Source of the DNA: Octopus sinensis
Taxonomy: Eukaryota
Direction of reading: 5' to 3'
NCBI RefSeq assembly: GCF_006345805.1
Contig: NC_042998.1
Coordinates: 58,280,001 to 58,344,000 of the forward strand
DNA length: 64,000 nucleotides
The notes beneath the pieces were generated by a model. The model searched no databases and had not been told where the DNA came from. It worked only from the letters and a program-made list of their open reading frames with translations. This document shows, piece by piece, positions 12,113-24,332 of the stretch (the first letter of the stretch is position 1; the number at the start of each line of letters is the position of its first letter). The position numbers and the translations under genes are program-made.

Positions 12113-12509
12113 TAACTAGTATGATGCCTTTGAGAAGACGTAGTATCTCCATATTGTGTTAAATGACATCAGAGGGATTTTTCTATGTCAAGTCTGAAGT
12201 CCGCCGCTCTTTGGTCACATATCACAACAACGATGCCCAAATACTTGAATTTGTCGACCTCTGTGCGTGTGTGTGCGTGTGCTTTCTGTCCCGCAAACTT
12301 ATTAATTCATATTCATTTTACAGTTTTCTATCGTGTAGTTTAGTGATAGAATTAGCGAAGAAGGCCAGGCGTTCAATTTCCTTTAGGGACGAACATTCCC
12401 AAGAGATTTCGTGAGCGATCTCACTCATATAAGAAATAATGTAACTACATTATTGGCAGAAAGCTCTATAGACTGTTTATGCATTCTTTAGAAGACGTGA
12501 ATATGAATA

Positions 12510-13025
12510 CAATAATCCCTCGCGGGTATCCCGTTCCAAAACCTCCCGCGATATGTGAAAATCTGCGAAGTAGAAACAGTACTGTACTGTATATATTTTC
12601 TATCATTTTTATAATTTGTATATATTTATTTCATTATAAATGCAAAACAACACCACACACTTACACTTCGAGTTTCGTTTTCCATACAGTATGTACGATT
12701 CTTTGTTTATTCATCTATGGTACATTACGTATTTTCTTTTAGTATATTTAAATTAATGTTATACAGTGCAGTACTGTAATATAGTTTTATTTATTAATTT
12801 ATTAAATTTTAGGCTTGAAAATGCTTATTTTCCCACAGAAATAATTAAAATATAAAAAAATATAAATACATATCGACCGTAGAAACCCGCAATATACTGA
12901 GGAGTCCACGATATAAATTTACATATATCAGACAGAAAAATCCGCGACGTACTGAGTGCGCGATAGGTGAACCTCGATGTGCTGAGTTCGCGATAGATGA
13001 ACCGTGATATGACTAAGGATTATTG
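12510..13025. mobile_element. pogo/Tigger-type MITE, 516 bp
   Basis: Terminal inverted repeats CAATAATCC / GGATTATTG, flanked by TA on both sides (12508-12509 and 13026-13027). CGCGAT subterminal motifs and a roughly 30-bp internal duplication lie near the right end. Confidence 0.8.
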
Positions 13026-13620
13026 TAACTGAATAACTTTTTAATATACATGTGAATCGCTGTCATTTTTGACAGCATAAGCTCATCTTTGATTTATTAA
13101 AATAAAAATTGGAGAAATCTTGAAAAGTTACATAAGTTTTTAACCCCAGCAAAAGTTTAGAACACTTTGCATAAATCTTTCCTTCATATTTAATACCTTC
13201 AATAAAAAATGTAATAATCTCTTTTCTACAAGTTCATGGAATGCATGTTAGGATGATGTATTTATGAAATACCAGTTTTACCTTATTTCTTTTAAAATAC
13301 TGTCGTTTTTTGATAACACGGGAATACTTATGTATATATATTGTAAGATTTGGTAAGTGTATTAAACATATATTGTACGTAGTGCAAACGTTATCTGCGA
13401 TTGAACTCAATACATTGGATAAAGTGGATAGATATGTTTATTACTCCAAAAGTTGGTAGTTTTTTTGAGAACTTTACCTTGGCTGGGCTGCTCACGGCAG
13501 CCCTGGATAACCCAGCTTGAAGCGAAACTTCCATATAAAACACACACACATGCATGTTTATATATATTTGTGTATGCATATATATATATAATATTTTCTC
13601 GATCTTCATCCTGGTCTTCA

Positions 13621-14025
13621 AGGCGCATGTTTGGCTGTGAGGTAAGAAGCTTAATTCCCAATCACATGGTTCTGTGTTCAGTCCCTCTGCGTTGGATCTT
13701 GGATAGGTGTTTTTTTTTACAATAGCTCTGGGCCAACCAAGGCTTTGTGGGTGGATATGGTTGACGAAAACTGAAAGAAGCCCATCGTATGTGTGCGTAT
13801 CTGAGTCTGTGTTCGTCCCCCGCCCACCGCTTGATAACCGGTGCTGATGTGTTTACGTCCCCATAAAACTTACCGGTTCGACAAAAGAGACCGATAGGAT
13901 AAATACCTGGCTTAACAAAAAAAGTACCGGGATAGATTTATTCGACTAAAAATTCGTCAAGGCGGTGGCCAAGCATGACCACAGTCTAATGACTGAAACA
14001 TGTAAAAATGTAAAAAAGAATAAAG
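13621..14025 (+). mobile_element. Family B SINE, diverged
   Basis: GGCTGTGAGGTAAG head, GAAAACTGAAAGAAGCCC body and GACTGAAACATGTAAAA tail. Confidence 0.85.
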
Positions 14026-14664
14026 TCTTCTTAGGAAGATACGAAATTACAATAATTTCAATCACATGATTAGCGAAGGCGAAACCTTATCTTCTCATCT
14101 TCTAATCCCGTCTTGTTTTCTGATTTCCTTCCCAGCCAAATCAATCCATTTAGCCCTGTTTTTCTCACTCCCAGTATTTTTCCGCATTCCTCAAGCCAAA
14201 TAAACATCAATCCCACGAACATTGTACTGACAAATTTTCATACCACAGAAAATAACCAGTTTTGAAATTCGTCTTATTTTAATATTATATCAATAAAGAC
14301 ATTTTAATATTATATTTATGAAGAGATGGAATGATAAAGCGATAGTTTTATTGATAAATTCGACAGTGGAGAATCATGCGGTAAAAATATTGCTTATTCA
14401 GTGAACTAGAAGTCAGGATTTGGTCAGCTTAGTGTAATTTGTTAGCATGTGTGAATGTGTGTGTGTGTGTGTGCGCGCGCGTGTATGCATGTGTGCATGT
14501 CCAATATATCAGTGTATGTATATGTGTGTATGTTTGTATATATATATGATCGCGTGATCACGTGACTGACCAGACCATCAGATGTTGCTACACATCGCTG
14601 GTCACAATGCGTTCGCATTGTTTTAGCCTTCGAACGACGCCACCCCGCTGGCTAAGCGAGCAGG

Positions 14665-14711
<47 letters not shown>

Positions 14712-14722
14712 TTTATAGAAGG

Positions 14723-14773
14723 AGCTTCTACAGGACTAGTACTGTTTCATTCAAATGAAATCATCAGGAAGCT
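14723..14773 (-). ncRNA. Type I hammerhead ribozyme (copy 1, minus strand), predicted cut between 14729 and 14728
   Basis: The same sequence occurs on the minus strand because of the perfect palindrome. Confidence 0.72.
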
Positions 14774-14820
14774 TCCTGATGATTTCATTTGAATGAAACA
14801 GTACTAGTCCTGTAGAAGCT
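14770..14820 (+). ncRNA. Type I hammerhead ribozyme (copy 1, plus strand), predicted cut after A14814
   Basis: AGCTTC-CTGATGA-T TTC(ATTT)GAA T-GAAA-CAG(TACTAGTC)CTG-TA^GAAGCT. Stem I 6 bp, intact core, stem III 4 bp, GUA triplet. The base of stem II is a U-U mismatch. Confidence 0.75.
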
Positions 14821-14910
14821 CCTTCTATAAAATAAATTAATTTACTCTGCTATGTATTGAGTACCTTATTTACTGTGGTTACCCCGACTCAACCCGGGAC
14901 CTACATATAT

Positions 14911-14982
<72 letters not shown>

Positions 14983-15009
14983 ATATATATATATTTATTT
15001 TATAGAAGG

Positions 15010-15060
15010 AGCTTCTACAGGACTAGTACTGTTTCATTCAAATGAAATCATCAGGAAGCT
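15010..15060 (-). ncRNA. Type I hammerhead ribozyme (copy 2, minus strand)
   Basis: Same sequence as 14723-14773. Confidence 0.72.
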
Positions 15061-15107
15061 TCCTGATGATTTCATTTGAATGAAACAGTACTAGTCCTGT
15101 AGAAGCT
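15057..15107 (+). ncRNA. Type I hammerhead ribozyme (copy 2, plus strand), predicted cut after A15101
   Basis: Same sequence as 14770-14820. Confidence 0.75.
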
Positions 15108-15187
15108 CCTTCTATAAAATAAATTAATTTACTCTGCTATGTATTGAGTACCTTATTTACTGTGGTTACCCCGACTCAACCCGGACC

Positions 15188-15282
<95 letters not shown>

Positions 15283-16600
15283 ATATAGTTATGTATGTAT
15301 ACATAAGTATGATGTGTATGTGTGTAGATAGGTAGATAAGTATGATGTGTATGTGTGTAGATAGGTAGATAGATAGATAGATATAAACAGAGAGATTATT
15401 TGAGACGGGAGTAGTTAAATAATTTGTAAGAAGGCTAATGTAGGTATGTAGTTCGAAGATGAAAGAGAATTCAAATAGGAAGACACTGAATTAAAAACAC
15501 AGGAAAGCTGGATATTGTGTATGTGAGTTTGTGAGAGCGTTTGAGTGCACGCGCGCGCGTCTATTGCGGATTAGGTATGTATTGGAGATAAGTAATTTTT
15601 ATGTCGTTAAACTATGAAATCCAAATTTGTTTCTGAATAACAATTTAACTGCTCTGTATACCTTATTGCCATGTGTTTTATGTCTAAGTTCAAACGAAAG
15701 TTAGGCTTTTGTTTATGGAAAAACTCTAAATGTGTGACTGTTGCAAAATTATAGCCGCTGTTACTAGTTGCATCATTGAAGGGGAATTGTTATCCTACAC
15801 ATGCCTATAAGAATTTCGCATTGTATGTTTGTTTCTATTGCTTCGGCAGCTAGTTATCGCTAGCTTCCCATAGCTAGATTTTCTTATAAGTTCAGTGACT
15901 CTTAAGCTCTTAGATATTTCAAAATGAAATGCACGTATACATAAGGTTTATATCTGCATTTGCTTGTACGTAAAATGTTTTAAGTGGGCTTAAACAAACG
16001 ACAGCCTAGCTTAGAGCACACTTAATCGACCAATTGTTTCACTCATTTCACTATAGAGTATAAAATATTTTGAACCTCAGTAATTAGTTTTGTTCATCAA
16101 CGTTGTTAAATGCCCTAAAAAGACCCTGCATACACAACTACCAATACTGCCGAATGACAACATATACACTTATGGTTTAAAGAACATAGTAAATACATAT
16201 TATTATACCTAGGTATTAAGTTTAAACTTAAGCAAAAAACACAGTTGGTTATACGATATTCAATAACAAAGCATTTTGTTATTGAATATTGAATTGTTAA
16301 TTATAGATATACTGATTTATTATAGATAGATATATAGTTTTGCTGTATTTATGAATGGTCAGTATGCCAATGACGTCATCAATATCATGCCGTTACTGCT
16401 CCATGTCTGTCGTGAACGGCTATGAAAGGACGTTATTGATTGACCGAACGATTAGTTAAGTGGTTAAATAGTTAACTGAGTGAAAAAGAAGCAGTATGTG
16501 TGCGTATTACTGGTATATTGACCCTTCCGTGATACAATAAAATATGTTTCAACGCACGAATTCACATCAAGAATCTTGCAAAGCAAACAAAAGGCAAAAT

Positions 16601-16717
16601 AGTTATACAAATTTAAATTACAATATTTAGTATAATTTAGTTATACAAATTTAAATTACAATATTTAGGATAATTTAGTTATACAAATTTAAATTACATA
16701 TTTAAATTACAATATTT
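16601..16717. repeat. 38-bp AT-rich minisatellite, about 3 copies
   Basis: Unit AGTTATACAAATTTAAATTACAATATTTAGTATAATTT starts at 16601, 16639 and 16677. Confidence 0.9.
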
Positions 16718-17123
16718 TAAGGACAAAAATTACTTACACTGCCTCTTATTGGCCGCATACGGACACATTTATTTAAACCATTTCTAATTTGATTCACTAA
16801 CTTCTTCTTTCGACCCCCTTAGTCGTTATTGTCATTTCCGCCTTTTTACCCAGTTCAGTCTTCTATCGTCTATCAAGCTTCTTCATCGTCAATTATCTAA
16901 CTTAACCCACCTAAATTAAACGGCTTTTTTCCAAATGCATCTCATGGATTCTCTGGGATGCATCATCAGCAATATTTTTGTGGCTTTACTAGTTTCGGGT
17001 CTCTCGACATCAGACCCCGGCAGCTTATTCCAATTAGCTCGCAATGTATGTTTTTCACTTTCAATACTGTTTGTAAAAGCCGAATTTAAAGCCTTCGTCA
17101 GCGTTACACACATATATACATAC

Positions 17124-17247
17124 TGTTGTGTTGACGCCCCCAGACGATGAAGTAGACTAGCCCATTACGTAGATATAAAAGGAGTAGACTAGCACAGTGG
17201 AGTAGCAGTAGAGCAGAGTCGAGTAGAGGTCATCCGAACGTGCGACA
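17124..17247 (+). mobile_element. Possible short solo LTR (124 bp)
   Basis: TGTTG...CGACA termini (TG..CA, imperfect inverted repeat), internal GATATAAAAG, GC-richer than its flanks. No clean TSD or AATAAA. Confidence 0.35.
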
Positions 17248-17519
17248 TAGCACATACACACACACGTATATACATGGATGCTTGTGTATGTGTGCTTGTG
17301 TACACAATTACATCGTGGTAAAGTCATGTTGGCCAGTTAAAACACATATGTACCGTTAAGTTTCCCAGCCGGAAGATGATTAAAGTGTTGAGGTTTTTCA
17401 GCAAAAGAATGCTTATCTTGAAAAAGATATAAAAATTGAATCACATTTATTTAAGAAAATGGAATTCCAACTTACTCCTAATCTCTCAATCCTAATTTCT
17501 TAGCCCTAATCCTAATCTA

Positions 17520-17976
17520 TTTGAAATGAGACATAACTTAATGATCTTTGAAAGTTCGTCAACAACAGGTTGTTTGAGCTTCTTGAAAGTTTGATATTCC
17601 TTGTTGATGTTCAGTATGGTGTTCATGGCTCTCCTTCTTCTGACTGTTATTACTGAACGCATCTACCGATTTATGGAAAAATCAGGAGAGGGTGACTTGA
17701 TAGGGCTTGGCATGCTGCTTTTCTCTATGAGCCCTCTGCCTGTTGTGTATGTGGAAACATCGTTAACCTTATCAGATCATGAATTTCTGGTCGTTGTGTG
17801 GGTGTGACTTTGGGTGGCGTTATTCGTATGAGTATTCTATCAATGCCCATGTTCCTCAAGCTCTATTTTTGGTTCAACTCTATTTCTCCGTTACATCAAC
17901 GATCTTCTTGTCAAGGTTTTTCAAGTTGTCAATGTTTATGCTGAGGATGCTACTCTTTATTTCGGTTGTTCTGGCA

Positions 17977-18036
<60 letters not shown>

Positions 18037-18790
18037 TTGGAATTTGCTGCTAACTTTGAGGTAGATTTGCAGGCTTTGAGGTAGATTTGCAGTACCAAAT
18101 TCATAACTTTCAGTAGGAAGCGGGATTCCTATCTTCCTTCTATTTTCATGAGTTATAGGTCTTAGGTATCACAAAGTAAGGCAGACAAACCACAAGAGGA
18201 GAAATCTTCCTTCAAACTCCTTGGTCTTACTTTCTCACTTTGTCTTTCTTGGGGCTCTTACATACAGTCAGTTGGTCTGCTTCACGTAAGGTTGTATCAC
18301 TAGATAGGTCAAGTGACTACTTCACATCTGGGGCTATTTTGTATCTTTACAAGTCCACAATTCGTCTTTGCATGTGATATTGTAGTCATATTTGGGGAGG
18401 TGCATTATCTTGTCACTTGGATCTCCTCAAACGGGTTCAGAAGCGGGACTCTAATTTTATTGGTCCCTCTCTTGCTTCAACTCTATAACCTTTGTCACAT
18501 CGACGTATCTTATTCTTTCCGGGGAAGTGCTTTGATAAACTTCCTCTTTCTTACTTCTAGATCATTTTGTGTCATCTCGCCTGATTCGAAACACAGTTTC
18601 ATCCAAATGCGCTTCTACGAACAAGGAAGTATTTCTATGGTCACAGCTTTTTCTCTCGAAATGCCAGATTTCAGAACTCTCTTCCATTTCAGTTTCTTCT
18701 TTCTTATGATTTGAATTCTTTCAAGTCTAAAGTAAATTCTTTCCTTTCGTCTTAATTTCTCCTTCTTCAGCCTTGATCAAACAGACATAT
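17520..18790 (+). mobile_element. Decayed CR1-group LINE, RT domain through the 3' end
   Basis: Across frameshifts: DVQYG, LLLTVITERIYR, DRAWHAA, NAHVPQ, STLFLRYINDLL, VNVYAED (YADD-like, 17937-17948), FKLLGLTFS, LYKST, RVQKR and DLNSFKSKVNSFLSS*. Interrupted by (CT)n at about 17977-18030. Confidence 0.8.
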
Positions 18791-21399
18791 GATTAATACG
18801 ATCCGACTATGACCACCCATTCATACATACTGCGTTCTTCATTACCCAACATGTCTAATGTTTTTCTATCGCAGTAGGAATGTGCTTTATGGAAGAATTG
18901 CTTACAATTTCTAACAAATCAACTGACCGCCTGAAGGGTCTTAAGCTCTACTTGAAAACCGTCTAAAGAGAAAATAATTTTCTTTCCAGTCTAATGTAAG
19001 ATGTTAATGCAAGGTAGCTGGGGCACTAAACTGTGTCGTCAGTCATACGACTGCATGACGGAAGTTTTGATATAATTTAGATTATAAGAACGGGTAAAAA
19101 TGGCTTTTAAAACTAACCGACTCATAAATTTGTTAGTTTACTATATGGATTTCTACATCAGGAAATCAATGTCAAGTAATAGCACTTAAGTGGTTTCTGT
19201 ACCCAGATAACATTAAAAAGAGAACTGTATGATGTATTTTATAAATTCTTTTGATAATTTTATAAACTGTCTTTTATACCCATGTTTCTCGTCTCTTGAT
19301 CATTTAAAATATTTATATGAGAGATTTACATTGAAAATCTTACGAAGAGCTACCACTAAAACGTTTCACTCTTGCAAAATCACATCATTCCTACTTCATG
19401 TTACATTTTCCACAGCCTTTGATATAGAAAATGTTTCTGTTTATCTTTTACTTTTAATGAGTTTATACAACCGGAATGCTTTTTCCTTCTTTTGAAAAAC
19501 TTTCCTTTTTCCAACATTTACCAAATATTAATTATCTTCAATTGTATCACAAATTCAAAACTTTATCTTTTGAAAAGAAATTCTAAATCAATACTCAGCG
19601 AGTCTCTCATGGCGTATTTTTATTCGTTGATAATTGGTTTCATTCTGTTAAAGTGTAAATTGTTTCTTAATGCAGATCTTTTCCCTTCAAGCTATTTATA
19701 TACTTGGATTAGATATTTTTTTAAGATTTCCAAAAACGTTTATGTTACAGAGGCTTTTCAGACTTAATAATTATTTCATATCTTGCATACAAAATAGATT
19801 TTGAAAATTATATATATTTCATATAAAATATATTTATCTGTTTATCGTGTTATCCTTAGAATTTATACCTACTTATTTGTCGTCATCAAATAAAAGGAAA
19901 TATTTCAATAAATGCAGATAAAGTTGCATTTTGAAAGAAAATAAAAGATTTCGTATTCGGTTACCCATTATATTTCTGCTATATTGTTTTCAATGCAATA
20001 GCAAATCAATCACTTAATCGATAATCCAATCGATATATACTCATCTTGCACAAGTGATATATTCAATTGTTTGATTTTTGTAAAACAGAAACATTTATAA
20101 CTGAGTGATCGGCTTCTGTTGATTCTGGTTCTCCAGTTTGTACACATGATGTGTTCTGAAGTCAGCAAGTTATTACAAAATTTATCCATTTCTTAAAACA
20201 GGGTCTCGTGTTTCTTCGCTGTATCTCCTTTAAATTTCTATTGTAGAGTTATTAAAACGCTCAGATATAAAGAAAGCTCTCAGATTCTGCACATAATTTC
20301 AGCTACAGAAGAACGTTTGAATTATATTTCTATTGTATCATATTATTGATGAGCAGTTTAAATATGTTTGTATAGGAACCATTATTTATTTGAATGCAAC
20401 CGATAACATTGACATCTAACCACTATATAAATTCCACGTCCGGTTTTATTATTGCTACTATATTACATCCATGTCAAATTTATTATTCGTCAATAGAAAA
20501 GGCTTCTAAATCGCTATAGCTGTATGGTTAAACCGTTCTTTTCATGACGATGTAATTCTGAGTCAGATTCCAGAGCATGGCACCTCGAGCAAGCATGCAT
20601 GTCTTTTAATGTAATCTCGACTCCAGTCGTGACAAACATGCCAGTGAGGAGGAGAATTCTTGTTCTTCCATGTCTCGTCTTTCGGCACAATTCCATTACC
20701 CCGGGCTCCTGCATAGCTTCGATTCGGTCTGCTGAATTCCACTCAATCCTAGTCTATTTTAGAAAACAGGTGTAATAGGTGCTGCGCAGCTGAATGCAAT
20801 CCGGAAGCTGATATTTGCAAGGGGAAATTCTTAGCCACGCACAATCACGTATGGGTACATAAATGTGTGTGTGTGTGTGTGTGTGTGTTTGAAAGGAAAA
20901 TAAATATTATAAATATATACATATTACAGACATACACACACACATACACACACCTGTATATTTACTTTATGCTGTGTATATATTATCATTATGGATATTA
21001 TGTCTGCTTTTCTATACTGACATGAGTTGGACAGGAATTTTTGAAGCAGTGCTTCATAGCCGGATGCCCTTCTTCATATTCATCCTTTTAGTTGCTTCTT
21101 ACTACAGGCAAAGACACCGGATGTACACGGTAAACGTGAATATATATTTTTATGTACATATATACTGAGCAAGTAATAGGGAGTACTCATGCATTCTCAC
21201 AAGCACGCATGCACTCACACATATATGTATATATATGTATACATATTATATTTGTATAAGAATTACGTATATATTTTAATATATATACCTAGTGGTGTGC
21301 ATAATTATGTATTGTGTACTTTAGTAGTGGATGTCTAGTGATTGTGGTATAAAACGCCGAGCACTGCATTCTGAGTGGCACATCACTAACACATTTTAC

Positions 21400-22200
21400 T
21401 CGAGATTTATGGATGGTGCTTTGTACTAGCCCACTCAAGAGAAGTTGCATAAATCCACGACATCTTCATTGCTTTCTACAATGAAACAGAGTTTGAATTA
21501 GAACATCCAACACTCTTGAACTATGTTGGTATCAAGTTCTGAAAGGAGACAGAAATGGATATCTCTCTCGATTTAGACTCCATCTATTCACAGAGAATAT
21601 GTCTATCAGATGACCAGATGTGACGAAACCGAGCAACCTAAAATTGAGCATAAAACCTTCGGAATCATGGGACCAATTACAGTATACAAACAGTATTTTG
21701 CGCGACTTCTATACTCAACAAGAGAAAACCAGCTAGAAAACTACTGGGCGCTGGCGTCTCTGTAACGGATTGTCTCAGATTGAAAGGGGAATGCAACTAT
21801 TGTATCAACATCCACCTCTCCTGCAACAAAGAGTAAATGGAGAAACCGTTAATGAGCTTCATAAAAATGTTCTGAATTCTCATGTTCCAATACCAAAACG
21901 AAACTACACTATACATTATGGCCAGCAATGAAAGTAGAATTTGATTACAGTGGAATTAACACACACTATATTTTCAGGCTAGGAAACAATATCGGTTAAT
22001 TTGTTCTCAAACGGACATAGCCTATCACTTGAGGTGTAAGGTTGAGGACTATCAGACAAACAAATAGATAGCTATACGATATAATATCGTACGACCACAA
22101 ACCGACTTCAACAGGAGCAATGTTTCAACATAGACAAATATGTTGGAAACATTCGAAGACTAAGATTTTAGCGAAATATCGAGACTTACGAATTTCCTGA
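21400..22200 (+). mobile_element. Possible highly decayed Penelope-like element 3' part
   Basis: Contains YIFRLG, resembling the GIY-YIG C-terminus, and a decayed hammerhead-like motif TCGAAGA-CTAA(GATT)TTAG-C-GAAA at 22153-22176. Confidence 0.4.
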
Positions 22201-22644
22201 TTGGTGAGGATTATTTGTAAGAAAGTAAAATCTGACTCTGCAGAGTAGAGGAAGTAAGATACTTGAAAGTATTTTCGTTCTTGTGAAAGTCAAGGGAACT
22301 GCCTAAAATTTCAACGTAATAATCATAGAAAAGAACAAATTTCATTTGAATGTGATTTTTAAACTCAAAAGCGTACATTTTGTAATTCAGATTTGAACAA
22401 AAACGGAATTTATAATTTGACCGTATACGTTAAAAGTAGTTTATTCGTTCTGGTGTATGCGTGTTCTAAAATCAATAGTTTATTTGTTTTATTGGTTGGG
22501 TAATCAACATCTATTTCCTACATAGCAACATCGACATGCTGCCTCAACAACATGTACATGATACATGTGATATATGCATGTGTAAATTTTTGCTATACTG
22601 TATTCTATATAGTGGCAGATCAATCATAATCTATTACCGGATCG

Positions 22645-22690
<46 letters not shown>

Positions 22691-22710
22691 TCTTTCTCTC
22701 TCTTTTTCTC

Positions 22711-23072
22711 TTTTTACTTGTTTCAGTCATTTTGACTGCGGCCATGCTGGAGCACCGCCTTTAATCGGGCAACTCTTTGTAAGCCCAGAACTTATTCTAT
22801 CGGTCTCTTTTGCCGAACCGCTAAGTGACGGGGACATAAACACACCAGCATCGGTTGTCAAGCAATGCTAGGGGGACAAACACAGACACACAAACATACA
22901 CATATATACATATATACGATGGGCTTCTTTCAGTTTCCAAATCCACTCACAAGGCTTTGGTCGGCCCGAGGCTATGGTAGAAGACACTTGCTCAAGGTGC
23001 TACGTAGTAGGACTGAACCCGGAACCATGTGGTTGGTAAACAAGCTACTTACCACACAGCCACTCCTGCGCC
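22711..23072 (-). mobile_element. Family B SINE, full length, low divergence
   Basis: All diagnostic segments present, with (TA)n on both sides. Confidence 0.9.
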
Positions 23073-23087
23073 TACATATATATATAT

Positions 23088-23118
<31 letters not shown>

Positions 23119-23739
23119 TCATTTTGCACAATATACGCACAAATGCACTCACGAGCGCGCACTCTATTTGTTTGAATTTATATTAATTTTCTGGAACCCA
23201 ACGTTTCATGCTGATGGAAACCTACACTTATTACATCTAGAATTAAAACGATAACTTACGGTTCACCAGCGTAAATAATGAAACTGTCACGACACAATCA
23301 ACTACAAATATTTACAATCACGTAATTATAAATCAATACGTGGTTAATGAGTGGGCTTCCATTAATTTCATAGTTTCCTTCTTCTTTCCACACAGTAAAG
23401 AATAATACGAGAAATATTTTGAAAAATACTAAGCTTTACTCTGCGTCAAAGCAAATATCTCCCCCGCTCTCGGGTAAAATACAAATTACTTCCCTTAAAT
23501 ATGTTATTGGATTTCAATGAAAAATTATGTAACTGTTTAGAACAGACGAATGTGACTACGAGAGATTAAACTCCGTTAATAGAAGGAATAATTAGAGTTG
23601 AGTTACACGTAGATGTGCTGAAGAAGGGAAAACAAAATATTGTTACTGAATGATGGACGAAAGAATGTTGAGGAAGAGACAGCAAAGGTATACTGAGTTT
23701 TAAACATCAACAAAAGTTTGTGCATATAAGTAATTCAAG

Positions 23740-24332
23740 CTAGGGGAAAGTGGTGTTTTCCGTTTGTGTAATAGGTCTTTGCATTTCCCGAGCCCCTATG
23801 TATCAAGTATTTAAATGGAGATTTTGTCGAAGGACTTTTGAGGATTTTCCTCTTTGGCATTGTGCACGTGGTAGCATCGTTTACTTCCAGTTTGATAGAT
23901 TCTAGAGATCTTTCCAAGATTTGTAGTCTAAGACCTTTTTGTTTTAGTTATAAAGTGTTGTGGACTAATATGGTATTGTTCAGTTATCTTCATGTTTAAA
24001 AGAGTGACATTGATCATAAACTCCTTGCATATATTTCCTTCTGCTGCATCTATGTAACGTTCATGTATTTCTATTAGATCGGGTTATATTACAATGGCCT
24101 CTGCCTTATAAATTATTGCTTCTTCGTTGCAGCATTTGTCTAGTGGACACGTATAAAGGTTCCTGAATGAGCATGTATCTTTAGATTTCTTGGTCTTGTG
24201 TTTGATATTGATTTTTCGTGTTTGGTGTGTAACTAAATCTATATTCAAGACTTTTCTGCTCAAAAGTGACTGCGCCTTTTTATAAATAAAGGTAATTTTG
24301 GACACATCATAATTCAAGAAGGACATGTCCAA
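23740..24332 (-). mobile_element. Decayed Penelope-like element, GIY-YIG endonuclease region
   Basis: Minus frames give TCPLDKCCNEEAIIYKAE, then YIDAAEG, RIYQTGSKRC and GKCKDLLHKRK. This matches the CPL.G.C...VIYKA / YIG.TEG / Y..G.K.C pattern of Penelope-like endonucleases. Confidence 0.6.

Larger units (their letters stand above)
14706..14837. repeat. Perfect 132-bp spacerless palindrome, copy 1 (centre AAG|CTT, 14771/14772)
   Basis: The 66-bp arms read as exact reverse complements (ATTTATTTTATAGAAGGAGC...GCTCCTTCTATAAAATAAAT). Confidence 0.95.
14993..15124. repeat. Perfect 132-bp palindrome, copy 2 (287 bp downstream of copy 1)
   Basis: Identical to 14706-14837. The unique tail that follows differs by one G (CCCGGGACC versus CCCGGACC). 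Confidence 0.95.
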
